Shown piece after piece: positions 46,653 to 56,380 of a stretch of DNA of 64,000 nt. The DNA lies in assembly GCA_038044745.1 (NCBI GenBank), contig JBBSZK010000005.1, positions 12,841 through 76,840 of the forward strand. Reading direction: 5' to 3'. The notes beneath the pieces were generated by a model. That model worked only from the letters and a program-made list of their open reading frames with translations. It searched no databases and was not told the DNA's origin. The translations under genes and the position numbers were made by a program. Numbering within the stretch: position 1 is the stretch's first letter; each line of letters starts with the position of its first letter. This DNA is from Nanobdellota archaeon. Its GTDB lineage: Archaea > Nanobdellota > Nanobdellia > Pacearchaeales > GW2011-AR1.

Positions 46653-46693
46653 TTTTAAATAAACCCTCGACGTAAACCAACACGAAAGAGAGC

Positions 46694-47695
46694 ATGAAAA
46701 TAACGTGTTTTGAATGTGATGAGCATGAACGAAGCCTGCTTGAAAAGGCGCTTCCCTATGACGAACTGACGTTTCATGAACAGCCTCTCGAATTAGACTA
46801 TCTGAAAAATAACTCCTTCACCGAAGCGCTCGTAATATTCATTTATTCAAAAATAACACGAGAGGTACTTGAAAAGTTCCCCTTTCTCCGTTTGATTGTA
46901 ACGCTTTCAACCGGGTACGACCATATCGACTTGCAAGCCTGCAAGGAACACGGTATCACCGTCTGTAACGTGCCAAAATACGGAGGCACGGCCGTTGCAG
47001 AGCACACCTTCGCGCTTATGCTTGCCCTCGTGAGACATATCCCTCAGGCAGTACACAATACTAACCACGACGATTTTTCCTTAACAGGATTATGCGGAAC
47101 TGAGCTCGCAGGTAAAACGCTCGGAGTAATCGGCGCAGGAACCATCGGTTCAGCAGTTATCCGTCGCGCCCGCGCATTTGACATGAACGTTCTGATGTAT
47201 GAACGCACCCCCAATAAACAACTTGCAAAAGAAACCGGTGCATGCCACGCAGAACTCAATGACCTCCTCAAACAATCAGACATACTCACGTTACATCTGC
47301 CGTATACAAAACAAACACACCATCTCCTAGACAAACGAAAAATCAAACTCATTAAATCGGGCGCGTATCTTATCAACACCGCCCGAGGCGGGCTCGTGGA
47401 AACGCACGCCTTGAGCGAAGCGCTAATGACAAAAAAACTCGCGGGCGCGGCACTTGATGTGCTTGAAGGAGAAATAGAACACCGAGAAGCTCATGCCCAA
47501 CGAAAAGAGCACCATCTGAAACAACACGATTGGAGCACGATTCGCGCGACCCATCGATTGCTTAAACTACCAAACGTGATTATAACTCCGCATATAGCCT
47601 TTTACACGCACGAAGCAACACAAACGATTATCGAAACGGCTACAAAAAACATACGCGCATTCCAGAAAGGAGTTGCAATTAATACCCTCTCATAA
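46694..47695 (+). CDS. D-isomer-specific 2-hydroxyacid dehydrogenase (D-lactate dehydrogenase-like)
   Basis: NAD fold GVIGAGTIGSAV, NTARGGLV, and catalytic TPHIAFYT. Confidence 0.85.
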   Translation: MKITCFECDEHERSLLEKALPYDELTFHEQPLELDYLKNNSFTEALVIFIYSKITREVLEKFPFLRLIVTLSTGYDHIDLQACKEHGITVCNVPKYGGTAVAEHTFALMLALVRHIPQAVHNTNHDDFSLTGLCGTELAGKTLGVIGAGTIGSAVIRRARAFDMNVLMYERTPNKQLAKETGACHAELNDLLKQSDILTLHLPYTKQTHHLLDKRKIKLIKSGAYLINTARGGLVETHALSEALMTKKLAGAALDVLEGEIEHREAHAQRKEHHLKQHDWSTIRATHRLLKLPNVIITPHIAFYTHEATQTIIETATKNIRAFQKGVAINTLS

Positions 47696-47891
47696 ACACG
47701 AAAGAGTTACACATGAGCGCCCCATAACCTTGTTTATGCCCTTGCAAGTATCGACAGGATTAGGTTGAGTTCAGGCATTCGCATCAACAAGTCCCCTGTG
47801 CACCATATTAATAATCTTATTTAATCTTATTTAATTAGTAAAGAGACGGCATACCTTTATATAGAAGTTTTCTTTTTAAGGTGCGGAAGAG

Positions 47892-48719
47892 ATGAAACTC
47901 TTTATTGATAGTGCTCAACTTGATGAGCTTGAAAAAGCTTACGCAACCGGTATTGTGGATGGCATAACCACAAACCCTTCACTTGTAAAGGTAGCCCTCG
48001 ATGATATGCGCAAGAAAAAGCGCAAAATGGACATCGCAACGTACATCACTGAAATTCTTACACTCGCTAAAGGCACCCCCGTCAGCCTCGAAGTTGCGAG
48101 CACTGACGCCAACGCCATGATTGAAGAAGGTCAAACATTATACACAAAGTTCAATCCGCTTGCCAACAATGTAGTCATAAAAATCCCGGTAAATAGTTCA
48201 GCAACCGGAAAAGCGAAAAATCTTGACGCACTACGCGCCATCAAATCACTCTCACAGGCCAGAATTCCGGTAAATGCCACTCTCATATTCACACCTGAAC
48301 AAGCGTTGCTCGCCGCAAAGGCCGGCGCAACCTACATCAGCCCCTTTGCAGGACGTGTCGACGATTACATACGAACGCAACATGGGATAGGATTCGAAAA
48401 AGAGGATTATTACCCTGCAGAAGGCCACATAGCCGGTGGCAAACATATACAAGACAACGGCATCGTCTCGGGTGTTGACCTTGTCATAAAATGCGTCCAA
48501 ATCATAAAATCGTATGGATTTAAAACGCAAGTGATTGCCGCGTCTATACGCAATGCACATCAGCTTCGAGAAGTCGCGCTTGCAGGCACACATATTGCAA
48601 CCATTCCCTTCGCACTTTTCCAAAATCTCTCGGTTCACGCAAAAACCATTGATGGCGTCAAAAAATTCGACGAAGACATGCCTTCCGAGTATACAAAGCT
48701 CGCACAAGGTAAAAAGTAA
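47892..48719 (+). CDS. tal: transaldolase / fructose-6-phosphate aldolase (TalC/MipB subfamily)
   Basis: MKLFIDSAQLDELE...GITTNPSL, the Schiff-base region VVIKIPV, and ISPFAGRVDD. It is longer than the roughly 215 aa usual for the subfamily (275 aa). Confidence 0.85.
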   Translation: MKLFIDSAQLDELEKAYATGIVDGITTNPSLVKVALDDMRKKKRKMDIATYITEILTLAKGTPVSLEVASTDANAMIEEGQTLYTKFNPLANNVVIKIPVNSSATGKAKNLDALRAIKSLSQARIPVNATLIFTPEQALLAAKAGATYISPFAGRVDDYIRTQHGIGFEKEDYYPAEGHIAGGKHIQDNGIVSGVDLVIKCVQIIKSYGFKTQVIAASIRNAHQLREVALAGTHIATIPFALFQNLSVHAKTIDGVKKFDEDMPSEYTKLAQGKK

Positions 48720-48767
48720 CTGCTTGAGCAAAGAATAATCGCAAGCACCAAAATAACCCGTAGGAAC

Positions 48768-48776
48768 TCTTATAAA
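48768..48776 (+). promoter_or_regulatory. TATA box for pgi
   Basis: CTTATAAAA lies 30 nt upstream of the ATG at 48798. Confidence 0.45.
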
Positions 48777-48797
48777 AGAATATCACTTAAAGAAAAA

Positions 48798-50108
48798 ATG
48801 TTAAAAGAGATTTCATTCTCATTCGATAAAGCACTCGTTCCATTTCGAGAGCAATCACATAGCAAAAAACACCTTGCCTCGCTCGCGCACAAAATGGCGG
48901 ACATGACACAGGACTACAGCACGCCTGAATCGGTCATTGACCTCTGTCTCGACACCAAGCTACACAAAACAATTCACGCATTAGTGAAAAAAGTACGCGC
49001 TTCAAAACCTGCATTGCTGATAGTTATAGGCATAGGAGGATCAAACCTTGGGATGATGGCCGTAGAACAACTGGTGCAGGGAAAACTGCACAATGAAAAT
49101 ACCGAGACAATAAAAGTGCTTTACGCAGATACCGTAGACAGCGATGAACTTACAGAAATAAAAAGCATTATACAAAAAACGCTCGAAAAAAAGCAGACCG
49201 TTATTATCAACGCCATCTCAAAATCAGGCACGACAACTGAAACCATAGCAAACTTTGAAGTGCTCCTCGAAATAATAAAAAAGCAAGATGCACGTTTTCG
49301 AGAGCATGTCATTGTTACAACCGATGAAGACACCCCCTTGCATCGCCTTGCACAACAAGAACGATTTCACGTACTAACGATTCCCCGAGCCATTGGCGGC
49401 CGTTACTCAGTACTCACAGCCACAGGATTATTCCCTCTGGAACTGGCAGGCATATCGATTGACCACCTGCTTGCGGGGGCACGCGCCATGCGCGCCCGAT
49501 GCCTCAAAAGAGAAAACAATCCCGCCATCACCAGCGCAGCAATTAGACACTGGCATGCGTTGCACGCAAAAACTATTCAGGACATGTTCCTGTTTGGCAA
49601 CGATTTCAAATCATTAGGAAAGTGGCATCGCCAGCTGCTCGCCGAATCACTCGGGAAAGGATGCGACAAGGAAGGCAAACTATGCATAGGCATTACACCG
49701 ACCTATTCAATCGGGAGCACAGATATGCATTCCATAGCGCAACTCTATCTCGGCGGCCCCTTCGACAAGTTTACCACCTTTGTTCGTGTGCAGAAAAATA
49801 GAAACGACATAAAAACGCCGTCAATCCCCTCCTTCAACGCACTCGTCCCCCATATACAATCAACCTCACTTCAAAAAATAATGGAAGCAATCTATCGAGG
49901 AGTAACTGAAACATTTGCAGAGAAAAAAAGGCCGTTTACCGAAATAACGTTTCCCGACAAATCCCCCTATACAATAGGACAATTCATACAGTTTGAAATG
50001 ATGGAAGTCGTATACCTCGCTGAATTACTCAACGTCAATCCTTTCGACCAACCGGACATCGAGAGCTACAAAAAGAAAACAAAAGAAATTCTCGCAAAAA
50101 AACGCTAG
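48798..50108 (+). CDS. pgi: glucose-6-phosphate isomerase
   Basis: IGIGGSNLG, ISKSGTTTET and IGGRYSVLTATGL blocks. Confidence 0.85.
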   Translation: MLKEISFSFDKALVPFREQSHSKKHLASLAHKMADMTQDYSTPESVIDLCLDTKLHKTIHALVKKVRASKPALLIVIGIGGSNLGMMAVEQLVQGKLHNENTETIKVLYADTVDSDELTEIKSIIQKTLEKKQTVIINAISKSGTTTETIANFEVLLEIIKKQDARFREHVIVTTDEDTPLHRLAQQERFHVLTIPRAIGGRYSVLTATGLFPLELAGISIDHLLAGARAMRARCLKRENNPAITSAAIRHWHALHAKTIQDMFLFGNDFKSLGKWHRQLLAESLGKGCDKEGKLCIGITPTYSIGSTDMHSIAQLYLGGPFDKFTTFVRVQKNRNDIKTPSIPSFNALVPHIQSTSLQKIMEAIYRGVTETFAEKKRPFTEITFPDKSPYTIGQFIQFEMMEVVYLAELLNVNPFDQPDIESYKKKTKEILAKKR

Positions 50109-50170
50109 ATTTAACCACAAGCAACGTAAGAACGCATAGAAAACGAAAAAGAAGACAAGGCGAGAAAAAA

Positions 50171-51055
50171 CTACGCCGGCCCACAGCAATAATTGCCAAA
50201 GTCATCAGGAATATCGTATGAACTACACCACGCCGAGCATCCACCGTTCATAATTTCGTACAAAGAACAGAAGTTACGGTAACATTCCTGACAGCTTCGA
50301 CCGATATACGCCTCGGGAAAGTCCACACGGCAGCCCTCGCTCGCACAACTCATATCAGTACACTTCTTCTCAAAACCCCACTGAGCCCGTACACACAAAG
50401 GATTTTCAGCTTCCTTTGCCTCACACTGCTGAAACGTGAGGTCATCGTAACACGTATAAGGGTTATCGGGAGTACACGAGTTTATCGTACAGCACGCGCC
50501 CGTAATTGCCTCGCACTCCCCGTCAGCACAAACTTTTGTATCTTCCCATTTAACAACAACAACATCCTTGTCTTCATAGGGCGTTTGCATAATTGTTTGA
50601 CAAGCAGAATACGAAAGGGCATCTTCGCATTCTTTTGTTCCATCATTATATTCGATGCAACATCTTCCGATTAAAGAATCCTCGCAGCAGGGAGTCAAGG
50701 GCAAGCCACAGCCACTTTCGAGACAATTATTTTCGTACCAGGCGCGCTCTTCTAAATAGGCCTCTTTACGCTCAACGCAGGTAGCACCTGCAAGTAACCC
50801 TTCGTTACAGCTCGCGCCACAAACGGAAGTTAAATCAGTACATTGCTGTTCGATAATCTTTCGAGCATTAGTACAGAGAAGGTTTGTACTGCATTCACAT
50901 ATCTCTGCCGAAATTTCATTAGCTTCTTCACTACTTTGAGGGCTTAAGTTTACCCGAGAAGTATTAAGCAACCACACGATAAGTGCTATGGAAATCACTG
51001 CAAGCACTACTATTTTAAAATTTCGACGAGAGAGAAGCTTCCTTTTGTCTAACAT
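50171..51055 (-). CDS. very Cys-rich secreted/anchored protein (about 294 aa)
   Basis: N-terminal anchor FKIVVLAVISIALIVWLL. I counted about 33 Cys in the ectodomain, including CC doublets (TPCCED, GRCCIE, GACCT, NYCCG). The ATG at 51055 overlaps the upstream stop (ATGTTAG). Confidence 0.55.
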   Translation of the reverse strand: MLDKRKLLSRRNFKIVVLAVISIALIVWLLNTSRVNLSPQSSEEANEISAEICECSTNLLCTNARKIIEQQCTDLTSVCGASCNEGLLAGATCVERKEAYLEERAWYENNCLESGCGLPLTPCCEDSLIGRCCIEYNDGTKECEDALSYSACQTIMQTPYEDKDVVVVKWEDTKVCADGECEAITGACCTINSCTPDNPYTCYDDLTFQQCEAKEAENPLCVRAQWGFEKKCTDMSCASEGCRVDFPEAYIGRSCQECYRNFCSLYEIMNGGCSAWCSSYDIPDDFGNYCCGPA

Positions 51056-52422
51056 GTTGCTGTGTTCTTCGTTAAGACCTCCAATTTCCAAAGTTCCTTT
51101 TTCTCACCGCCGCACCATATGTATTCAACATGTTCAAGGCAAGAATCATCGGGCCAGGGAGCCACTATCTTTTCTTGCGCCTGAAGATAGGCATCTACTT
51201 GCTCTTGTGTGCATCCTGAAAACTCCCGTTCAAATGCGAAACCTTCAGGTTCAGAATCATCATTGCCCATGAAGCTAAACTTCCAGTTTCCCGTAGCACA
51301 GTCTTTAGTAACATGCCTAACTCCCGTATCTTCATACAGTGCATAATCTCCGCAGACGAGTGTACGCGAATAGTCATAGTCCTTTGAACTAATAAGGGAG
51401 CACACTGCATCGCATGTGCCAAACACAGAATTACAAATAACGTGTTCTTTCCACTGATTCACCGTTAAACGTGCGAAAGACCCTCCATTCGTAAAAATTG
51501 TATCTGCCTTGTCTTGACAATAGTTGCAGGTCTCTCCAGTTAAGGCGTCTTTGCCACACGAGCAACACCCATTTTCACAAGCAGTTGCGTTTAAGTCGCT
51601 GCACCCCTCGCCAGGAGTCCACCTACCCATTCCAGGAAGCGTTGAACCACAACACGTACGCCACACTGCCGAACCATCAGATTCCACGCATCGCACCGGT
51701 TCTGATCCGCCCTCCTTTTTTTTGAGGCAGAGGCCTCCAAGAGGAATATCGTCGCAGGAAGGAAATTCAATACATGACGCCGTGATAGTGCATTGAGCAT
51801 TGGTACATGCAAAGAGCAAATCTCCCATTCCAGGAATCTGCGGCCACTCTCCTCCGCTAGTACATTGCATACCTGTTAAAGTAAGGCGTTCTTGCACTTC
51901 CGAGGGAAGACCTTGTAAATAACTCTGAATTTCTTCGGGATATTTAAGTTCTGAACATGCGGAACTTGATCCGTAAACTTCACAAGATTCGTCAATACAA
52001 ATTTTAGCAAGACTATCAATGACCGGATAGATGTCAGTGTCAACTCCATGCCCTATATAGTGATGTTTAAGTTTACGTATCTTTCCCGCACAAACAGGAG
52101 GCACGGTAATTTGACAGCTAAGATTGTTATCAGTGTTTATGGATTCACTTACCTTATAGGTGCATTCTTTTTGCTCAGGCTGATTAAACCAAAGAGAGCA
52201 TCCTTGTTGGCCTAAAAAAGTTCCTTCTTCATAACGACAAACACAGCAAACATCTTTAAGAACACCTCCTCCTGAAGCTCCCGTTCCGGAAGAGCCTATC
52301 TTGGGAAGCGTTGTAGGGGCAAACATAACATTTTCTACAAAGCCATATCGCTGATTGAGTGCAAGTGCGAGCACAACAACAAAAATCCCGAGAACGACCC
52401 AAAAAGCAATCCCTCTCTTCAT
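51049..52422 (-). CDS. very Cys-rich secreted/anchored protein (about 457 aa)
   Basis: I prefer the ATG at 52422 (MKRGIAFWVVLGIFVVVLALAL). I counted about 35 Cys, including VCCVC, TCCG and GCCSC. Confidence 0.55.
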   Translation of the reverse strand: MKRGIAFWVVLGIFVVVLALALNQRYGFVENVMFAPTTLPKIGSSGTGASGGGVLKDVCCVCRYEEGTFLGQQGCSLWFNQPEQKECTYKVSESINTDNNLSCQITVPPVCAGKIRKLKHHYIGHGVDTDIYPVIDSLAKICIDESCEVYGSSSACSELKYPEEIQSYLQGLPSEVQERLTLTGMQCTSGGEWPQIPGMGDLLFACTNAQCTITASCIEFPSCDDIPLGGLCLKKKEGGSEPVRCVESDGSAVWRTCCGSTLPGMGRWTPGEGCSDLNATACENGCCSCGKDALTGETCNYCQDKADTIFTNGGSFARLTVNQWKEHVICNSVFGTCDAVCSLISSKDYDYSRTLVCGDYALYEDTGVRHVTKDCATGNWKFSFMGNDDSEPEGFAFEREFSGCTQEQVDAYLQAQEKIVAPWPDDSCLEHVEYIWCGGEKKELWKLEVLTKNTATC

Positions 52423-52449
52423 GTTAATCACAGTACTTAAAAACTGGAG

Positions 52450-52458
52450 ATATATAAA
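52450..52458. promoter_or_regulatory. single palindromic TATA element between divergent genes
   Basis: ATATATAAA lies 50 bp into no other A/T box, within the intergenic region between the ATGs at 52422 (minus) and 52473 (plus). Confidence 0.4.
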
Positions 52459-52472
52459 GATACTGAAGAGAG

Positions 52473-53819
52473 ATGAGCATTTACAAAGCAAACGACATTA
52501 GAGGTATCTACGGAACCGAACTACAAGACAACGATGCATATGCATTGGGAAATGCATTCGTGCGATACATCAAAGCAAAACGTATTGCCGTAGGTCGTGA
52601 CAATAGAGTATCATCGCCTGCGCTACACGACGCATTGGTGCAAGGCATCGTTGACGCAGGAGCCGACGTACTTGACATAGGAGAAGTAGATTCTCCCGCA
52701 CTGTATTTTGCAACAAGCTACCTTGAAACACCAGGCATTATGATTACTGCATCCCATAACCCGGCAGAGTATAATGGATTTTATGTCTGTGGGTCGCATG
52801 CAACGCCGCTCAATGAACAAACCGGTCTTAAGGCCCTAGAAGCACAAACCAAGAAAAAAGCGATCAAAAACACACACAAAGGAGCCGTATACTCGACACC
52901 GCTCATGCGCCCCTACACAAAACATGTGCTCTCGTTCCTCAATCATGCAGAAGCGCGCCCCTTCACCGTGGTGATTGATGCAGGCAACGGCATGGGCGCT
53001 CAAATTGCAACGCGTGTATTCAAGGCATTGCGAAACGTTACCGTTATTCCGTTATATTACGAATCAGACGGCAGATTCCCCCACCACGGGCCAGACCCCT
53101 CTAAAATAGAAAACCTCCAGCAGCTTGGAGAAAAAGTGCTTGAAACAGAAGCCGATTTTGGCATCGCATTAGACGGAGACGCCGACCGTGCGGGATTTGT
53201 AGACGAAAACGGAGAGCCTATTGAAGGTTCATTAGTCGGAGCACTCCTTGCACAACACGTACTATCCAAACATCCGAAAGAGAAAATAGTGTACAGTTCC
53301 ACATGCTCACGCGTTCTTCCCGAGACAATCATACGCGCAAAAGGCGTACCCCTCAAAGATAAGGTAGGGCATACGTTCATAAAATACCGTATGCGCAAAG
53401 AACATGCACTCTTCGGTATCGAGAACACCGGACATTACATGTATAGAGATAACGACTATGCCGATTCGGGAATCATAACTGCCGTGCTCATGTGTCAGTT
53501 TTATGCCGCCCAACAAAAAACGTTCTCTGCACTCGTGAAGCCGCTCAAGAAATACTATAAAGCTTCCGAATATAACATAAACATCGAGAACGCACGTAAA
53601 TATATCTCCCTACTGCATACAAAAATACGTGCGCTAAAACCACAAAAAATAAATCTGCAAGACGGAATCGCCGCTGATTTCGGAACCTATTGGATATCTA
53701 TCCGCGCGAGTCAAACCGAACCGCTCATGCGACTCGTGGTAGAAGGAAAAAACAAAGACGAGGTAGAAAACCAGAGAAGAACATTCGCAGAAATGATTAA
53801 AAAAACGATACAATGCTGA
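52473..53819 (+). CDS. phosphomannomutase/phosphoglucomutase
   Basis: YKANDIRG, the phosphoserine loop TASHNPAEYNG, and the metal loop DGDADR. Confidence 0.9.
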   Translation: MSIYKANDIRGIYGTELQDNDAYALGNAFVRYIKAKRIAVGRDNRVSSPALHDALVQGIVDAGADVLDIGEVDSPALYFATSYLETPGIMITASHNPAEYNGFYVCGSHATPLNEQTGLKALEAQTKKKAIKNTHKGAVYSTPLMRPYTKHVLSFLNHAEARPFTVVIDAGNGMGAQIATRVFKALRNVTVIPLYYESDGRFPHHGPDPSKIENLQQLGEKVLETEADFGIALDGDADRAGFVDENGEPIEGSLVGALLAQHVLSKHPKEKIVYSSTCSRVLPETIIRAKGVPLKDKVGHTFIKYRMRKEHALFGIENTGHYMYRDNDYADSGIITAVLMCQFYAAQQKTFSALVKPLKKYYKASEYNINIENARKYISLLHTKIRALKPQKINLQDGIAADFGTYWISIRASQTEPLMRLVVEGKNKDEVENQRRTFAEMIKKTIQC

Positions 53820-53822
53820 ACA

Positions 53823-54230
53823 TTAGCCTAGTGATTCTGGAATAGACTCATACGCAACAACATGAAAACGTTTCGGTTCTCCTGCTATCCGTTTGGAAAG
53901 GTCCGCTTTACGAGTACACCAATAGGTGTCAGCGATATAAACAAAAGAACGGTTAGAAGAAGGAGGTAGATTCATCGAACGCACCAAATCTTCCAGCTCA
54001 GATTGATTTCCCACAACAGATGTTGTGACCTTTTTGAGTCTAAGCATAAGGCTTACGGAAGGAACGGGGCAATGAAGAAAAACAGGCCCCAAGGGATAAG
54101 CCTTATCATAATCGCTGCCAACATGATCGCTAATAGCCATTGCAGTCTCCATTCGCAAAGCGGGGTCAGAATCATACCATCGAGGTATAAAAAAAAGATG
54201 TGCTGTGGGCATCGCAGGAAAATTTGTCAT
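53823..54230 (-). CDS. hypothetical protein (135 aa)
   Basis: Clean ORF with no recognised motif. Confidence 0.4.
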   Translation of the reverse strand: MTNFPAMPTAHLFFIPRWYDSDPALRMETAMAISDHVGSDYDKAYPLGPVFLHCPVPSVSLMLRLKKVTTSVVGNQSELEDLVRSMNLPPSSNRSFVYIADTYWCTRKADLSKRIAGEPKRFHVVAYESIPESLG

Positions 54231-54271
54231 GAACGAATCCAGAGTAAAGGCTATAAAAAGTTAATGGAACG

Positions 54272-54280
54272 TTTATAAAA
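54272..54280 (+). promoter_or_regulatory. TATA box for fba
   Basis: TTTATAAAA lies 29 nt upstream of the ATG at 54301. Confidence 0.45.
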
Positions 54281-54300
54281 TAAGGGCCCCTTTAAATCTT

Positions 54301-55059
54301 ATGAAAAAGAACATCTCACTATCACCTCTCCTCACAAAAGGAAAATGTCTCTTCCTCGCCTACGACCAAGGCCTCGAACACGGGCCAACTGACTTCAACG
54401 ACACGAGCGTTGATCCTGCAAAAATAATAAAAATTGCCCAAGAAGGCGCGTGTAATGCATTCATCTGTCAAAAGGGCATCGCAGAGAAGTACCACAAAGA
54501 AATCAAGGCCTCGCACGTTCCGCTCATTCTCAAGCTCAATGGCAAGACCAATCTTGTAAAAGGCGAACCCCTTTCTACACAACTCTGCACCGTAAGCGAA
54601 GCAGTTACGCTTGGAGCAACGGCCGTAGGATACACACTATATATTGGAAGCGAACGCGAGGCCGAAATGTTTGAACAATTCGAACAAATTGAGCGCGAAG
54701 CACACGTAAAGAGCCTTCCTGTCATTGCGTGGATATATCCCCGAGGAAAAGCGATTGAAGGAAAATCAGAGCGAGAACTGCTTGCCTACGCAGCACGCAC
54801 CGGACTCGAACTTGGAGCGGACATCGTAAAAATCCATTGGAACGGAGATGTTGATGCGTTAGCCTGGGCAGTGAAAGCCGCAGGTAAATGCAAAGTCGTT
54901 ATAGCCGGTGGACTCAAAACGGATGAAAAAAACTTGCTAAAACAAGTAAAAGAAGCAATAACAATTGGCGTGATAGGGTGCGCCGTTGGACGTAATATCT
55001 GGCAACACAAACACCCCTTAGAAATAACTAAAAAGATACAAAACGCCCTCTACACATGA
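54301..55059 (+). CDS. fba: class I fructose-bisphosphate aldolase, archaeal type (DhnA/FbaB family)
   Basis: LFLAYDQGLEHGP, ILKLNG, ADIVKI and GCAVGRNIW blocks. The length is 252 aa. Confidence 0.8.
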   Translation: MKKNISLSPLLTKGKCLFLAYDQGLEHGPTDFNDTSVDPAKIIKIAQEGACNAFICQKGIAEKYHKEIKASHVPLILKLNGKTNLVKGEPLSTQLCTVSEAVTLGATAVGYTLYIGSEREAEMFEQFEQIEREAHVKSLPVIAWIYPRGKAIEGKSERELLAYAARTGLELGADIVKIHWNGDVDALAWAVKAAGKCKVVIAGGLKTDEKNLLKQVKEAITIGVIGCAVGRNIWQHKHPLEITKKIQNALYT

Positions 55060-55697
55060 TTCTTATAAACACCAAGAACTATAAAACAGGAAATGCGCTC
55101 CTCAAGCTTGCAAAACTCATAGAAGGGTACGATATACACAATACACTCGTCGTTCCTGCCTCAGAAGTATATCGCATTGCAGCACGAACAACACTCAACG
55201 TATTCGTACAACACGTCGACGCAGTGGAAAATGAAAAAACAACCGGAAAAATAAGTGCGGCAAGTGTTAAATCAGCAGGAGCAACAGGCACGCTGTTAAA
55301 TCATTCCGAACATCCGCTCACTACCGAAGTTATCAAAAAAACAATTGAACAATGCGCCAAGGTAAACCTTGCAACCGTTATCTGCGTAAAAACACTTGCG
55401 GAAGCGCAAACACTAGCCCAATTCAAACCTAATGCCATAGCGTTCGAAGATCCCGCCCTCATTGGGACAGGCAAATCAGTAGCGACCTATAATGCACATG
55501 ACCTGCAAAAATTCGTAACACATCTCAAAGGAAAACCAATTGTCCCGCTATGTGGTGCAGGGCTTTCAACAATCGACGATGTAAAAAAAGCATATGCGCT
55601 CGGATGCAAAGGAGTGCTTATCGCCTCCGCAATCGCACAATCGAAAAACCCCGAACGATTTTTGGAACAACTGGCACAATGGCGACGACAATTATAG
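55056..55697 (+). CDS. tpiA: triosephosphate isomerase, short archaeal type
   Basis: 213 aa with INTKNY, LLNHSEH, AFEDPALIGTG and CGAG blocks. It overlaps fba via ATGA. Confidence 0.8.
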   Translation: MILINTKNYKTGNALLKLAKLIEGYDIHNTLVVPASEVYRIAARTTLNVFVQHVDAVENEKTTGKISAASVKSAGATGTLLNHSEHPLTTEVIKKTIEQCAKVNLATVICVKTLAEAQTLAQFKPNAIAFEDPALIGTGKSVATYNAHDLQKFVTHLKGKPIVPLCGAGLSTIDDVKKAYALGCKGVLIASAIAQSKNPERFLEQLAQWRRQL

Positions 55698-56380
55698 AAG
55701 CTTCGCGCAATGAATGCGAAAAAAAAGTTGCCGAAACGATAGCGCGCTTGATTAACAAATCCGTAGAAAAAAGAGGAAAGGCGGTACTTGGCATTTGCGG
55801 AGGAAGAAGTGTAAGTGCTATTTTCAATCATTTACGCGAACAAACCGTACCATGGAAGCACGTTCACATTATGATGATTGATGAACGATGCGTAACGCTC
55901 AATAGTTTAGAAAGCAACTATCGATGTGCGCAAGAAACACTTATCAATCCATTAGTGGCATCTAAAAAGCTCCCCGCAGATAATGCGCACCCGTTCGTAT
56001 ACGATGAAACACATGCTATAAAAGCGATTCTCAAATATCAATCGACACTTGACGCACTCGGAGGATTTGACGTCATAGTAACGAGCAGCGGAGAAGATGG
56101 ACACATAGCTGCGCTTTACCCTAAACACAATTCAATACGAAAAGAAAACACCGGATTTTTCCTTATGACTGATGCACCAAAGCCTCCTGCAAAACGCATG
56201 ACTGCGTCAAGAAAACTGCTTCTCAAAGCGCAGGCAGGAATCATAGTCTTCTTTGGAAAAGAAAAAGAAAAAGCTTGGGCTCTTTTCAACGACCCGATAA
56301 GAACAATAATTGATTGCCCTGCAAAACTTATTACGCAACTGCCCGAGAATTACGTATTCCATACGAAGGAGACCCCATGA
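55679..56380 (+). CDS. pgl: 6-phosphogluconolactonase
   Basis: VLGICGGRS and SGEDGHIAALYP. I prefer the ATG at 55679 (MATTIIEA); the longer track ORF is an out-of-frame overlap with tpiA. Confidence 0.8.
   Translation: MATTIIEASRNECEKKVAETIARLINKSVEKRGKAVLGICGGRSVSAIFNHLREQTVPWKHVHIMMIDERCVTLNSLESNYRCAQETLINPLVASKKLPADNAHPFVYDETHAIKAILKYQSTLDALGGFDVIVTSSGEDGHIAALYPKHNSIRKENTGFFLMTDAPKPPAKRMTASRKLLLKAQAGIIVFFGKEKEKAWALFNDPIRTIIDCPAKLITQLPENYVFHTKETP

Noticed and set aside
55550-55678. Upstream extensions of pgl (from 55550), and likewise of zwf (from 56314), msrA (from 33805) and the NIF3-like gene (from 57738).
   Set aside because: These extensions are out-of-frame read-through of the preceding gene's 3' end. 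The conserved N-terminal motifs begin at the internal Met, which forms a short overlap with the upstream stop.
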